Positions 1 through 8,866 of a DNA stretch of 64,000 bases are shown piece after piece. Source of the stretch: Sandaracinaceae bacterium (GTDB lineage Bacteria > Myxococcota_A > Polyangia > Polyangiales > JAFGIB01); contig JADGRF010000016.1 of assembly GCA_017881055.1 (NCBI GenBank), positions 1,873 to 65,872 of the forward strand, written 5' to 3'. Below the pieces are notes generated by a model. That model made no database searches, had not been told where the DNA came from, and saw only the letters and a list, made by a program, of their open reading frames with translations. A program made the position numbers and the translations under genes. Position 1 is the first letter of the stretch. Every line of letters begins with the position of its first letter.

Positions 1-1645
1 TGTCCCAGCCGATCGAGCGCAGCGACACATGATTCGCAGGATAGGCATCGCTGGCCCAGTGGTACACGGTTCGACCCTGAGCACCCTGCACTTCGTGCAC
101 CACGCGATGGTCGCGCAAGAAACCCAGCGTATCTGCCACGGTTTCCGGAGGCACGTCGCCGAACGCTTCGCCGGCTTCGAACGGCAGCTCGAACGCCGCG
201 CACTTCACGTGCTGCACCATGATCTCGACGTTGTCGGGGTCGATGCGAGCATGCTCGATGGACGCACTGAGCAGCGTGTCGGGGCTCGCGGCGAGATACT
301 GATCGAGCGGTGCGCTCGAGGCGACCAAGAGCGCCAGGCTCTCGGCGCCGCGTCGACCACCGCGACCGAAGCGCTGCCAGAGCGCGGCGATGGAGCCCGG
401 GTAGCCCGCGCACACCACGGCGTCGAGGGAGCCGATGTCGATGCCCAGCTCGAGCGCGTTGGTGGCCACGACGCACGTGATCTCGCCCGCACGCAGCGCA
501 CGCTCGATCTCGCGGCGCTCCTCCGGCAGATACCCGCCGCGATACGCGTGCACCATGCGCGGGTCCATCTTCTCGCGCACGAGCCGCTCGCGCAGGTACT
601 TGAGCATGACCTCGACGTTGTTGCGCGACTGCCCAAACACGAGCGTGCTCACGCCGCTGCGAACGAGATCCGCCGTGAGGCGCACCGCCGTCTTCACGTA
701 GCTGGCGCGGATGCCGAGCTCGGCGTTCACGACCGGCGGGTTGTAGACCATCACGCGACGCGGCCCGCGCGGCGCTCCATTCTGCTCCACCAGCGTCACC
801 TCGCGACCGAGCATGCGCGAGGCGTGCTCGCGCGGATTGCCGATCGTGGCCGAGGCAAAGATGAACTTGGGATCGGCACCGTGGAAGCGCGCTACGCGCA
901 CGAGGCGTCGCAGCACGTTCGCGAGATGCGAGCCAAACACGCCGCGATACGTATGCAGCTCGTCGAGCACCACGTAGCGCAGGTTCGCAAACAGCCGCGC
1001 CCAGGCGGCGTGATGCGGGAGAATCCCGGTGTGCAGCATGTCGGGGTTCGTGAGCACGACCGCGCTCTTGTCACGTGCAGCGCGGCGCGCGTCACCCGGT
1101 GTGTCTCCGTCGTAGGTGATGGCACCGTGCGGCAGGCCTGCTTCACCGAGCAGCGCACGCAGCGCGACCTCTTGGTCACGCGACAGGGCCTTGGTTGGGA
1201 AGAGATACAACGCGCGAGAGTGCCCCGGAGAGCCGGAGGCTGCTCCGGAGGTATGTGACTCATGCTCGCGACTCAGCGCGTCGAGCACGGGTAAGTTGTA
1301 ACAAAGGCTCTTGCCCGACGCGGTCGGCGTGGAGATCACGACATCGTGCCCGGCACGCGCGAGCGAGAACGCTTCACCTTGATGGCTGTACAAGCGCTCG
1401 ACACCGCGGCGCACCAATGCCTCGCGAATGTTCGGCGCTAGCGCATGCGACAGCTCACTCCACTCGGCGTAGCGCGCGGGCTCGGCCGGCAAGCGCTCGG
1501 CGAGCACCACGTTACGCGCAAGCCCCTGGTCGCCCTGCCACTCCTCGATTACTCCGGAGAGCACACCCGAGAGACCGAGCGCGCTTCGCCAGGGCCGCAC
1601 GCGCTCACCGGTAAATGCGCCAAATTCATCGGAGATTTGAGCCAC
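1..1645 (-). CDS. DEAD/DEAH-box helicase, MrfA(YprA)/Hrq1-like; 3' end runs off the window start
   Basis: Absent from the ORF track because it has no stop in the window. Hand translation of the minus strand gives ERLYSHQGEAFSLARAGHDVVISTPTASGKSLCYNLPVL (motif I), YVVLDELHTYRG (DExH), FASATIGNP, VATNALELGIDIG and QRFGRGGRRG (motif VI). Start taken as GTG at 1645, uncertain. Track ORF 29..1258 (+) is its antisense shadow. Confidence 0.85.
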   Translation of the reverse strand, partial: MAQISDEFGAFTGERVRPWRSALGLSGVLSGVIEEWQGDQGLARNVVLAERLPAEPARYAEWSELSHALAPNIREALVRRGVERLYSHQGEAFSLARAGHDVVISTPTASGKSLCYNLPVLDALSREHESHTSGAASGSPGHSRALYLFPTKALSRDQEVALRALLGEAGLPHGAITYDGDTPGDARRAARDKSAVVLTNPDMLHTGILPHHAAWARLFANLRYVVLDELHTYRGVFGSHLANVLRRLVRVARFHGADPKFIFASATIGNPREHASRMLGREVTLVEQNGAPRGPRRVMVYNPPVVNAELGIRASYVKTAVRLTADLVRSGVSTLVFGQSRNNVEVMLKYLRERLVREKMDPRMVHAYRGGYLPEERREIERALRAGEITCVVATNALELGIDIGSLDAVVCAGYPGSIAALWQRFGRGGRRGAESLALLVASSAPLDQYLAASPDTLLSASIEHARIDPDNVEIMVQHVKCAAFELPFEAGEAFGDVPPETVADTLGFLRDHRVVHEVQGAQGRTVYHWASDAYPANHVSLRSIGWD

Positions 1646-1652
1646 GAAGCCA

Positions 1653-1668
1653 CTGTACGTATGTACAG
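1653..1668. promoter_or_regulatory. Perfect palindrome CTGTACGTATGTACAG (CTGT-N8-ACAG), LexA/SOS-box-like operator candidate
   Basis: 6-bp perfect inverted arms with a 4-bp centre. Lies in the AT-richer 1646-1760 gap between the divergent helicase and MarR genes, 8 bp upstream of the putative helicase GTG. Confidence 0.45.
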
Positions 1669-1760
1669 AAGAAAGGCAAGAGCGGCACTTTGGTTGCCAT
1701 TTGAAATCTTTTTCATTGCGCAAATAGTTAACCATGGTAAACCACTTCCCAAGGGTAGCG

Positions 1761-2282
1761 ATGGTCAAGAAGGCGCGTATCGAGACCGTGCACACCGCGA
1801 TCGAGCGGCTCACGCGCCTGTGCGAGCTCTTCCAGGAGCGCCGCGAGCAGCTCGCCAGTCGCGTCGGGCTCACCGAAGCGCAGTGGGAAGTGCTCGAAGA
1901 GATCTCGACCGAGCGCTTCATGCCGTCGATGTTCGCGCAGCGCGAGGAGCAGAGCCGCGCCGCCGTGTCGAAAGTCATTCGCCTGCTGCTCGACCGGGGC
2001 CTGGTACGCGTCGCGATCTCCAGCACGGATGGCCGGCAGCGCGACTACGCGCTCACCGCCGACGGCAAAGCCACCCTCGCCAAGCTCCGTACCGAACGCG
2101 AGAAGGCGATCGCCGCGATCTGGGTCGAGCTCGACCAGGAATCGCTCACGCAGTTCAGTGACTTTTCGGCGCAGCTGATCGAGCGCATCGAGCAGTACGC
2201 GCGCAAGAACGTGAACCACGAGCCAGCAAGCGGCCACTCAAGCGGCCACTCAAGCGGCCACTCAAGCGGCACTAAGGAGTGA
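1761..2282 (+). CDS. MarR-family winged-helix transcriptional regulator
   Basis: ORF 1734..2282. Contains [13 protein letters not shown]...[40 protein letters not shown], a wHTH pattern. Start moved to ATG 1761 (MVKKARIE). C-terminal [14 protein letters not shown] comes from a 12-bp tandem repeat. Confidence 0.75.
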   Translation: MVKKARIETVHTAIERLTRLCELFQERREQLASRVGLTEAQWEVLEEISTERFMPSMFAQREEQSRAAVSKVIRLLLDRGLVRVAISSTDGRQRDYALTADGKATLAKLRTEREKAIAAIWVELDQESLTQFSDFSAQLIERIEQYARKNVNHEPASGHSSGHSSGHSSGTKE

Positions 2283-2287
2283 CAACC

Positions 2288-3706
2288 ATGGGCAAGAGCC
2301 TCTACGACAAGGTCTTCGACAAACACGCGGTCCGCAAGCTCGACTCCGGGCAGTTCCAGCTGCTCATGGGCTTGCACTTGATCCACGAGGTCACCTCGCC
2401 CCAGGCGTTCGCCATGCTGCGCGACCGCAAGCTACAGGTGCCCTACCCCGAGCGGACATTCGCCACGTGCGATCACATCATCCCGACCAAGTCGCAGCTC
2501 CGGCCGTTTCAGGACGACCTCGCCGAGCAGATGCTGGTCGAGCTCGAGCGCAACTGCGACCACTACGGCATCCGCTACTTGTCGCCGAAGAAGGGCGAGC
2601 AAGGCATCGTGCACGTGGTCGGGCCCGAGCTTGGTTTGACTCAGCCGGGCATGACCGTGTGTTGCGGTGACTCGCATACCTCCACGCACGGCGCGTTCGG
2701 CGCGATCGCGTTCGGCATCGGCACCACGCAGGTGCGCGACGTGCTCGCGACCCAGACGCTCGCGATGGAGAAGCTCAAGGTCCGTCGCATCGAGGTCAAC
2801 GGCAAGCTGCGTCCTGGCGTGTACGCGAAAGACGTCGTGCTCTACGTGATCAACCAGCTCGGCGTGCAGGGCGGCGTGGGCTTCGCGTACGAGTTCGCAG
2901 GCAGCACGTTCGACGCGTTCACGATGGAAGAGCGCATGACCGTGTGCAACATGTCGATCGAAGGCGGCGCGCGCTGCGGCTACGTGAATCCGGATGCAAC
3001 CACGTACGCGTACCTGAAGGGCCGTGAGTATTCGCCGAAGGGCGCCGCGTGGGACAAAGCAGTCGCGTACTGGGACTCGATGCGCTCGGACGACGACGCG
3101 GTCTACGCCGACGTCGTGAAGTACAAGGCCGAAGACATCGAGCCGATGGTCACCTGGGGCATCACACCTGCGCAGTCGACCGCGGTCAACGCCAAGCTGC
3201 CGGCGCCGAGCGCATTCCCGAGCGGGGATCGTGCGCTGATCGAAGAGGCGTATCAGTACATGGGCTTTGCGGCGGATGCTCCCGTCAAGGGCCAGAAGAT
3301 CGACGTCGCGTTCATCGGTTCGTGCACGAACGGGCGCTTCTCCGACTTCGAAGAGGTCGTGAAGCACCTCCAGGCCAGCGGCAAGAAAGTGCATCCCGGC
3401 GTACGCGCGCTCGTGGTACCCGGCTCGCAGACCGTGCGTCAGCGCATGATCGAAGCCGGCTTCGACAAGGTGTTCACCGACGCAGGCTTCGAGTTCCGCG
3501 AGGCCGGCTGCTCGATGTGCTTGGCCATGAACCCGGACAAGCTGGTGGGACGCGAGCTGTGCGCGTCGTCGTCGAACCGTAACTTCAAGGGCCGTCAGGG
3601 CTCACCCACGGGCCGTACCTTGCTCATGTCGCCGGTGATGGTCGCGGCTGCCGCCATCAGCGGCAGCGTGGCGGATGCGCGCGAAGTGTTTGCGTTCTCG
3701 AGCTGA
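2288..3706 (+). CDS. leuC: 3-isopropylmalate dehydratase large subunit
   Basis: ORF 2279..3706. Aconitase-family signature: [13 protein letters not shown]..., [51 protein letters not shown] lies 9 nt before ATG 2288. Confidence 0.95.
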   Translation: MGKSLYDKVFDKHAVRKLDSGQFQLLMGLHLIHEVTSPQAFAMLRDRKLQVPYPERTFATCDHIIPTKSQLRPFQDDLAEQMLVELERNCDHYGIRYLSPKKGEQGIVHVVGPELGLTQPGMTVCCGDSHTSTHGAFGAIAFGIGTTQVRDVLATQTLAMEKLKVRRIEVNGKLRPGVYAKDVVLYVINQLGVQGGVGFAYEFAGSTFDAFTMEERMTVCNMSIEGGARCGYVNPDATTYAYLKGREYSPKGAAWDKAVAYWDSMRSDDDAVYADVVKYKAEDIEPMVTWGITPAQSTAVNAKLPAPSAFPSGDRALIEEAYQYMGFAADAPVKGQKIDVAFIGSCTNGRFSDFEEVVKHLQASGKKVHPGVRALVVPGSQTVRQRMIEAGFDKVFTDAGFEFREAGCSMCLAMNPDKLVGRELCASSSNRNFKGRQGSPTGRTLLMSPVMVAAAAISGSVADAREVFAFSS

Positions 3707-3729
3707 GCACGGAAAGAAGAGAAATAGCC

Positions 3730-4344
3730 ATGCAAGACTTCAAGAGAACCCTCATCACCGGCAAAGCCATCTCGGTCGATGGCAACGACATCGACACCGA
3801 TCGCATCATCCCCGCGCGCTTTCTGCGCTGCGTGACGTTCGACGACCTGGGCTCGCACTCGTTCGAGGACGACCGCAAACAGCTGCGCGAAGCCGGCAAG
3901 ACCCACCCGTTCGACGACGCCTCGCGCCAAAAGGCCAAGGTGCTGCTCGTCGATCGCAACTTCGGCTGTGGTTCGTCGCGCGAGCACGCGCCGCAAGCGC
4001 TGATGCGCTGGAACGCGGGCATCACGGCGGTGGTGGGTGAGTCGTTCGCCGAGATCTTCTTCGGCAACTGCGTCGCGCTCGGCATGCCGTGTGTCACGGC
4101 CAGCCGCGACGACGTGCAAGCGCTCAAACGCGCGATCGCGGCCGACCCGAACACCGAGCTGACCGTGGACTTGGTGCACGGCGAAGCCAGCGCCGGCAAT
4201 GTGCGTGTGAAGGTCAGCATGCCGGAAGGCGCGCGCAAGCAGCTGACGACCGGTCGCTGGGACTCGTCAGCCGAGCTGCTCGAGGGCAAGGACGCGGTCG
4301 CCAGCACGGCCAAGGGCCTGCCGTACTTCGCGCACTGGCACTGA
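3730..4344 (+). CDS. leuD: 3-isopropylmalate dehydratase small subunit
   Basis: ORF 3730..4344. Contains DIDTDRIIPARFL and NFGCGSSREHAPQAL, directly downstream of leuC. Confidence 0.93.
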   Translation: MQDFKRTLITGKAISVDGNDIDTDRIIPARFLRCVTFDDLGSHSFEDDRKQLREAGKTHPFDDASRQKAKVLLVDRNFGCGSSREHAPQALMRWNAGITAVVGESFAEIFFGNCVALGMPCVTASRDDVQALKRAIAADPNTELTVDLVHGEASAGNVRVKVSMPEGARKQLTTGRWDSSAELLEGKDAVASTAKGLPYFAHWH

Positions 4345-4415
4345 CCTCAAGTACGCAGCGCGCCCGCCCTGACGAGAACGTCGCGGCGGGCGTGCAGCAG
4401 CAGCCCACACACGAA

Positions 4416-4443
4416 ACGACCGGCCACATTCGCAGCCGGTCGT
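4416..4443 (-). terminator. Hairpin terminator candidate downstream of the VOC gene
   Basis: Perfect 9-bp stem ACGACCGGC/GCCGGTCGT with a 10-nt loop. On the minus strand it is followed by TTCGTGTGT. Lies between convergent leuD and the VOC gene. Confidence 0.4.
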
Positions 4444-4471
4444 CGTCTCACGCCAACAGTTCCAGCTGACC

Positions 4472-5053
4472 CTACTCCGGGCTGCCGTTCTGCCCGTGCT
4501 TGGCCTCTTCGGCGATCATGCGCTTCTTCATCTCGGCCGGTGAGACATCTTCGAAGTGCGTCGCTAAGCCCCATAGGTTTCCAAACGGGTCGCTCACGCG
4601 CGCGAAGCGATCGCCCCAGAACATGTCCTGCGCCGGCATCAGCACGCTGCAGCCTGCGTTCACGGCCTTGGCCAGAGTCTTGTCGACGTCGGGCACATAC
4701 AGAAAGATGCTCGAGACGCGCGCCGGCTCCATCACGGAGTCGGTCAACATCACGACCGAGTCACCGATCTGAATCTCGGCGTGCATGAGCTTTCCGCCGG
4801 GCCCCGGCATCGTGTAGCGCAGCTTGGCGTCGAACACTTCTTGGCAGAACGCGATGGTCGCCGTCGCGTCGGCCTGACACATCGAAGGCGTCGCGGTGTG
4901 GTAGCCGGCGGGGACCGCGCTTACCTTCTTCGCCACGGCCTTCTTCGGAGCTTTCTTCGCCGGCTTCGTGACGGTCTTCGTGGCCGACTTCTTAGCGGGC
5001 GTCTTCGCCGCCGTCTTGGCAGCCTTCTTCGCGGTCTTCTTTTTCGCAGCCAT
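4472..5053 (-). CDS. VOC (glyoxalase/bleomycin-resistance, PhnB-like) protein with N-terminal histone-H1-like Lys/Ala-rich tail
   Basis: ORF 4472..5131 trimmed to ATG 5053 (GGAGGG upstream). N-terminus is MAAKKKTAKKAAKTAAKTPAKKSATKTVTKPAKKAPKKAVAKK. VOC core includes KLMHAEIQIGDSVVMLTD and MFWGDRFARVSDPFGNLWGLAT. Confidence 0.8.
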   Translation of the reverse strand: MAAKKKTAKKAAKTAAKTPAKKSATKTVTKPAKKAPKKAVAKKVSAVPAGYHTATPSMCQADATATIAFCQEVFDAKLRYTMPGPGGKLMHAEIQIGDSVVMLTDSVMEPARVSSIFLYVPDVDKTLAKAVNAGCSVLMPAQDMFWGDRFARVSDPFGNLWGLATHFEDVSPAEMKKRMIAEEAKHGQNGSPE

Positions 5054-5155
5054 CGCAATCCTCCCTAACGATTGGGCGACGATGGTACGCACACGAGAGC
5101 GCCGCAGCCAACGGGGTACGAGCGCGCGCATCCTGCTAACGGTCCGTGTGCGCGA

Positions 5156-6622
5156 CTACGGCGGCAGCGTTTCGATTCTTGGAAACGTGAGGTGCTTGCC
5201 GGCTGGGACGTAGAACAGAAACGCTTTGAATTTTTGGTTCGAGGCCGCGTACACCGGCTGCCACGGCGGGGCCATCCAGAGGTAGTTCGCATCGAGCACG
5301 AGCCAGCGCACGGCGGGATCGCCCGATACGCGTGACGTGTCGGTGACGAGCCCGCCCATGTCGTACACGCGCATGCCCGTGTAGTACGCGAGCGTGCCGA
5401 CCTCGATCGATGCGAACGCATCGCCGGGTGCCGCGTGCGCCTTCAGAAATCCGGACAGGTGCAGGTAGACATCGTGGCGCGCGCCGGTCCAGTAGTCATC
5501 GCGATACGTGGCTGCCAGGAACGAGGTGCGTACACACGCGGCCAGCACCAACGCCGCCAGCGCCGAAGCCATGACCGAGCGTCCACCCCGCGTCGGCAAT
5601 TGCTGCGCGAGCTGGGCCACGCCACCGACCGCGAAGATCGCCGCGGCCAGCTGCAACGGATACAGGTGCCAATCATGGCCGATGAACGGTCGCAGAAACA
5701 GATACGCCACCGCATGCAGAACCGCGTACAGCACGTACAGCGCGAGAGTCTTATCGCGTCGCGCCAAGGCTGTGGCGCCGGCTACGATCACCACCCACGC
5801 CAGCACCAACGCCGGAACGCCGGTCGCGTACGGCACCGCCGTCTCACCCACCAGGGACAGAATGTGCCCGAGGTAGTCCGGCACGCTCGCGCGGTGGAAC
5901 TTGGTGATCGCGCTCTGCGGCAACGGACTGCCGTAGTAGACGGTCGCGAAGATCAACCACGGCAGGAACAGCGCGAAGAAGACTGCAATCGGCGTGAGCG
6001 CGCGACGCCGCAAACGAAACAGACAGACCGCACCGAGCAGCGCAGCCAAGAGCAACGCATCCGGGCGCATCACGCTTGCGAGGCCAGACAGGGCGGCAGC
6101 CAGCGTGAAGCGCTCGCGAGCCACGGCGACGAACGCCCAGAGCGTGAGCGCCGCCACGAGGTTCGTCTCGAACGGCACCCACATGAACGAACGAGCGGCT
6201 CCAAGCAGCAGCGCGAACGAAACGACGATCGAGAGCCGACGACCCAGCTGCGGCGACAGCAGATAGTGAGCCGCGACGGCCTGCGCGGTCCATCCGAGAC
6301 AGCCCAGCACGCTCATCCACGACGGCGTGTGTTCCTGTCCGAACACGAGGTAGACGAGCGCGGACAGCAGCATGTGGCCGGGCGCGGTCGAGCCGAGGAT
6401 GCGCTCGCCGGGATTGAACACGAAGCCGTGACCGAGCACGAGGTTCTGCCCGTACCGGTAGGTGATGAACGGGTCGTCCTGGCGAACCGGGAAGAAGGCG
6501 ATCGCCTGCCCAATGAACGCCAGCAGCGTGACCGCCCGGAGTAACTGGGGGCGGACCTGCTCCGGGCTGAGGGAAGCGGGAACGCGAGCCGGAGCGGGTT
6601 GCCCGGCGTCGGGTTCGGTCAC
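5156..6622 (-). CDS. Multi-pass membrane protein, GT-C-fold glycosyltransferase-like (ArnT/PMT/arabinofuranosyltransferase-like)
   Basis: ORF 5156..6781 trimmed to in-frame GTG 6622, which overlaps the upstream TGA (GTGA at 6619-6622). First-loop motif RQDDPFITYRYGQNLVLGHGFVFNPGERILGST, then many hydrophobic helices. Family assigned from memory of the motif. Confidence 0.65.
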   Translation of the reverse strand: MTEPDAGQPAPARVPASLSPEQVRPQLLRAVTLLAFIGQAIAFFPVRQDDPFITYRYGQNLVLGHGFVFNPGERILGSTAPGHMLLSALVYLVFGQEHTPSWMSVLGCLGWTAQAVAAHYLLSPQLGRRLSIVVSFALLLGAARSFMWVPFETNLVAALTLWAFVAVARERFTLAAALSGLASVMRPDALLLAALLGAVCLFRLRRRALTPIAVFFALFLPWLIFATVYYGSPLPQSAITKFHRASVPDYLGHILSLVGETAVPYATGVPALVLAWVVIVAGATALARRDKTLALYVLYAVLHAVAYLFLRPFIGHDWHLYPLQLAAAIFAVGGVAQLAQQLPTRGGRSVMASALAALVLAACVRTSFLAATYRDDYWTGARHDVYLHLSGFLKAHAAPGDAFASIEVGTLAYYTGMRVYDMGGLVTDTSRVSGDPAVRWLVLDANYLWMAPPWQPVYAASNQKFKAFLFYVPAGKHLTFPRIETLPP

Positions 6623-8661
6623 AGACGTCCTTCGATCGCGCGCAGTCTGCGCTTCTCGCGATACCGGCGAATGCACGGCGCCATGATCTCGCCGATCAAT
6701 GTACGGTACGAGATCCCGACCGCGTCCGCGATTAGGCACATGTCGGAAAAGCCAGGCGACAGGCCGGGCAGCGGATTGCACTCGATGAAGTTCACCCGTC
6801 CCTGCGCATCGATACGCAAATCGACGCGCGCGTAGTCGCGGCAGCCGAGCGCCACGAACGAGCGCTTCGCCACGCGCTCGATCTCGCGCAAGAGCGGATC
6901 GTCGACCTTGGCTGGCACTTCATAACGGATGCCGCGGCCCCGGAACTTGCACTCGAAGTCGTAGATCGGGTGCTTGCGATCGGGGTCGGTGAAGATCACT
7001 TCCATCGGCGGCAGCGCCTTGGGCTTGGTCTCGCCGATCAGCGCGACCGTGAACTCACGACCGGGCAGGTACGTTTCGACCAGCACGTCCTGACGATACT
7101 TCTGGATCAGCTCGCGCGCGAAGTCGCGCAGCTCGGCTTCGGACTCGGCGACCGAGCGCCCGACGATGCCCTTGCTGCTGCCCTCGGCAACGGGCTTCAC
7201 CATCAGCGGGAAGTCGAGGCCCTTCGCCAAGCGCTCCTTGCCTGTGCGCATGACCATCGACGCCGGTGTAGGACACTCGGCCTGCGCGACGATCTGCTTC
7301 GCCAAGCTCTTGTCGAGCGCGAGCGACATGGCGGCCGGGTCCGAGCCTGTATAAGGAATGCCGAGCAGCTCGAGCAGCGCCGGAACCTGCGCTTCACGGT
7401 TGCGACCGCCCATGCCCTCCGCGATGTTGAACACCACGTCGGCCGCGGCGGCCGGCAACAACGTCGACAGCTCGGGTGTCGCTTCGAGCTCTACGACCGT
7501 GTGACCGTAGCTCTCGACCGCTTCGCGGATCGCCGAGATCGTCTGCGGCGTGTCGTACTCGGCGTCGTGATCACGATCTGGCGTGAGCTCCGCGGTGCGC
7601 CGAACGTTGTATGTCAGCCCAACGCGCAATCTCTGCGCACTGCGGCGTGCAGGCATTGCGCTCTGGGACAGCCCATAGCGCTCCGAGGCCGACCTCAAGA
7701 TCGCATCAAGCATGGCTTCTTGCGTCGGCAGGCCCGCGAGCGCGCTCGATGCGTAGATCGCCGCGCCCTTCTCCAAGCTCGGCAGCGCGTTCACTTCGAG
7801 GAAGTAGACCTCACCGTCGTCGCCGAGTCGGAAGTCCACGCGACCCATGTCGCGGATGCCGAGCGCGCGGATCACCTTCTGGGTGAGCTCGATGCAGCGC
7901 GCGCGCTGGGTGGTAGAAAGTCCGGCAGGCACCTTCACGTTCACCGCCTGCGAGCCGATGTTCTTGAGCTCGAAATCGTAGAGTTGGTAGCGCCGTCCGG
8001 CGACCGCAGCCGAGTCGTATTCGTAGCCCGCGGGCTCGAGCACACCCAAGGTCAGCGGCGACGCCTTCTCGATGAACGGCACCGTGAGATCGCGCCCCAC
8101 GATGAACTCTTCGATCAGCACACCGGCGGGGAAGCGCGCGATCAGATCGAGCACGCGCGCAGTCAGTTGCTCGTGCGTCTCCACGACCGAGTCCACCGTG
8201 ATGCCGACTGACGAGCCTTCGAAATTTGGCTTTACGATCAAGGGGAAGCGCAGATGGTTGGCCGCCGTCAGCTGCGTGACGTCTTCGACGTAGCAAAACT
8301 TCGGCGTGGTCACGTTGTGCGACGCGACGACCATCTTGCTCAGGCGCTTGTCGAGCGTGAGCGCGCAGACGTACGCGTCCGATCCGGTGAACGGCAAAGA
8401 CAGCCGATCGAACAGCGCCGGGTAGAACGCTTCGCGGAACCGACCGTGGCTACCCTCGGCGGTGTTGAACACCAGATCGGGTGCCAGCGCCTCGAGCCGA
8501 GCCACCACGCGCGACGCCGGACCCGACACCTCGATCGGCTCGACCTGATGGCCGAGCTTACGCAACGCTGCCGAGATCCCGGCGACGGTCTCTGGCGTGT
8601 CGAACTCGGCCTCTTCCTCGGCGGTGCTGAGCTGAAGGTTGTGGGTGAAAGCAATGCGCAT
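6619..8661 (-). CDS. Fused tandem ATP-grasp ligase (two D-Ala-D-Ala-ligase-like modules)
   Basis: 680 aa in two homologous halves, starting MRIAFTHNLQL... and LRVGLTYNVRR.... Each half has an N-terminal Ddl-like domain, KP(N/V)xEGSSxGI, (I/V)EE/ETY..GRE and a C-terminal R(V/Y)D(F/L)R...EVN/ECNxLPGL. Confidence 0.85.
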   Translation of the reverse strand: MRIAFTHNLQLSTAEEEAEFDTPETVAGISAALRKLGHQVEPIEVSGPASRVVARLEALAPDLVFNTAEGSHGRFREAFYPALFDRLSLPFTGSDAYVCALTLDKRLSKMVVASHNVTTPKFCYVEDVTQLTAANHLRFPLIVKPNFEGSSVGITVDSVVETHEQLTARVLDLIARFPAGVLIEEFIVGRDLTVPFIEKASPLTLGVLEPAGYEYDSAAVAGRRYQLYDFELKNIGSQAVNVKVPAGLSTTQRARCIELTQKVIRALGIRDMGRVDFRLGDDGEVYFLEVNALPSLEKGAAIYASSALAGLPTQEAMLDAILRSASERYGLSQSAMPARRSAQRLRVGLTYNVRRTAELTPDRDHDAEYDTPQTISAIREAVESYGHTVVELEATPELSTLLPAAAADVVFNIAEGMGGRNREAQVPALLELLGIPYTGSDPAAMSLALDKSLAKQIVAQAECPTPASMVMRTGKERLAKGLDFPLMVKPVAEGSSKGIVGRSVAESEAELRDFARELIQKYRQDVLVETYLPGREFTVALIGETKPKALPPMEVIFTDPDRKHPIYDFECKFRGRGIRYEVPAKVDDPLLREIERVAKRSFVALGCRDYARVDLRIDAQGRVNFIECNPLPGLSPGFSDMCLIADAVGISYRTLIGEIMAPCIRRYREKRRLRAIEGRL

Positions 8662-8866
8662 ACGACGGACTCCTGGAAAGCACGCGCGCGTTGTGCAAGG
8701 TGCAGGCCAAGCTCAGCGCTCCGTCGCCACACGCGTCACACAACACCTCGTGATCAACTTTTTGGCCTCGATCATGCAAGGGGGGCAAGCTGTTAACGAG
8801 ACGTGTCGTCGTTCGGGCGCTGTTCAGCGCAATCATTACGGCGCGCGACCAACAGAGGAACAGCGC

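Noticed and set aside
29-1258. 409-aa plus-strand ORF at the window start
   Set aside because: Its composition is Arg/His/Val-rich with no motifs. The opposite strand encodes a clean DExH helicase with all motifs, so this is an antisense shadow ORF.
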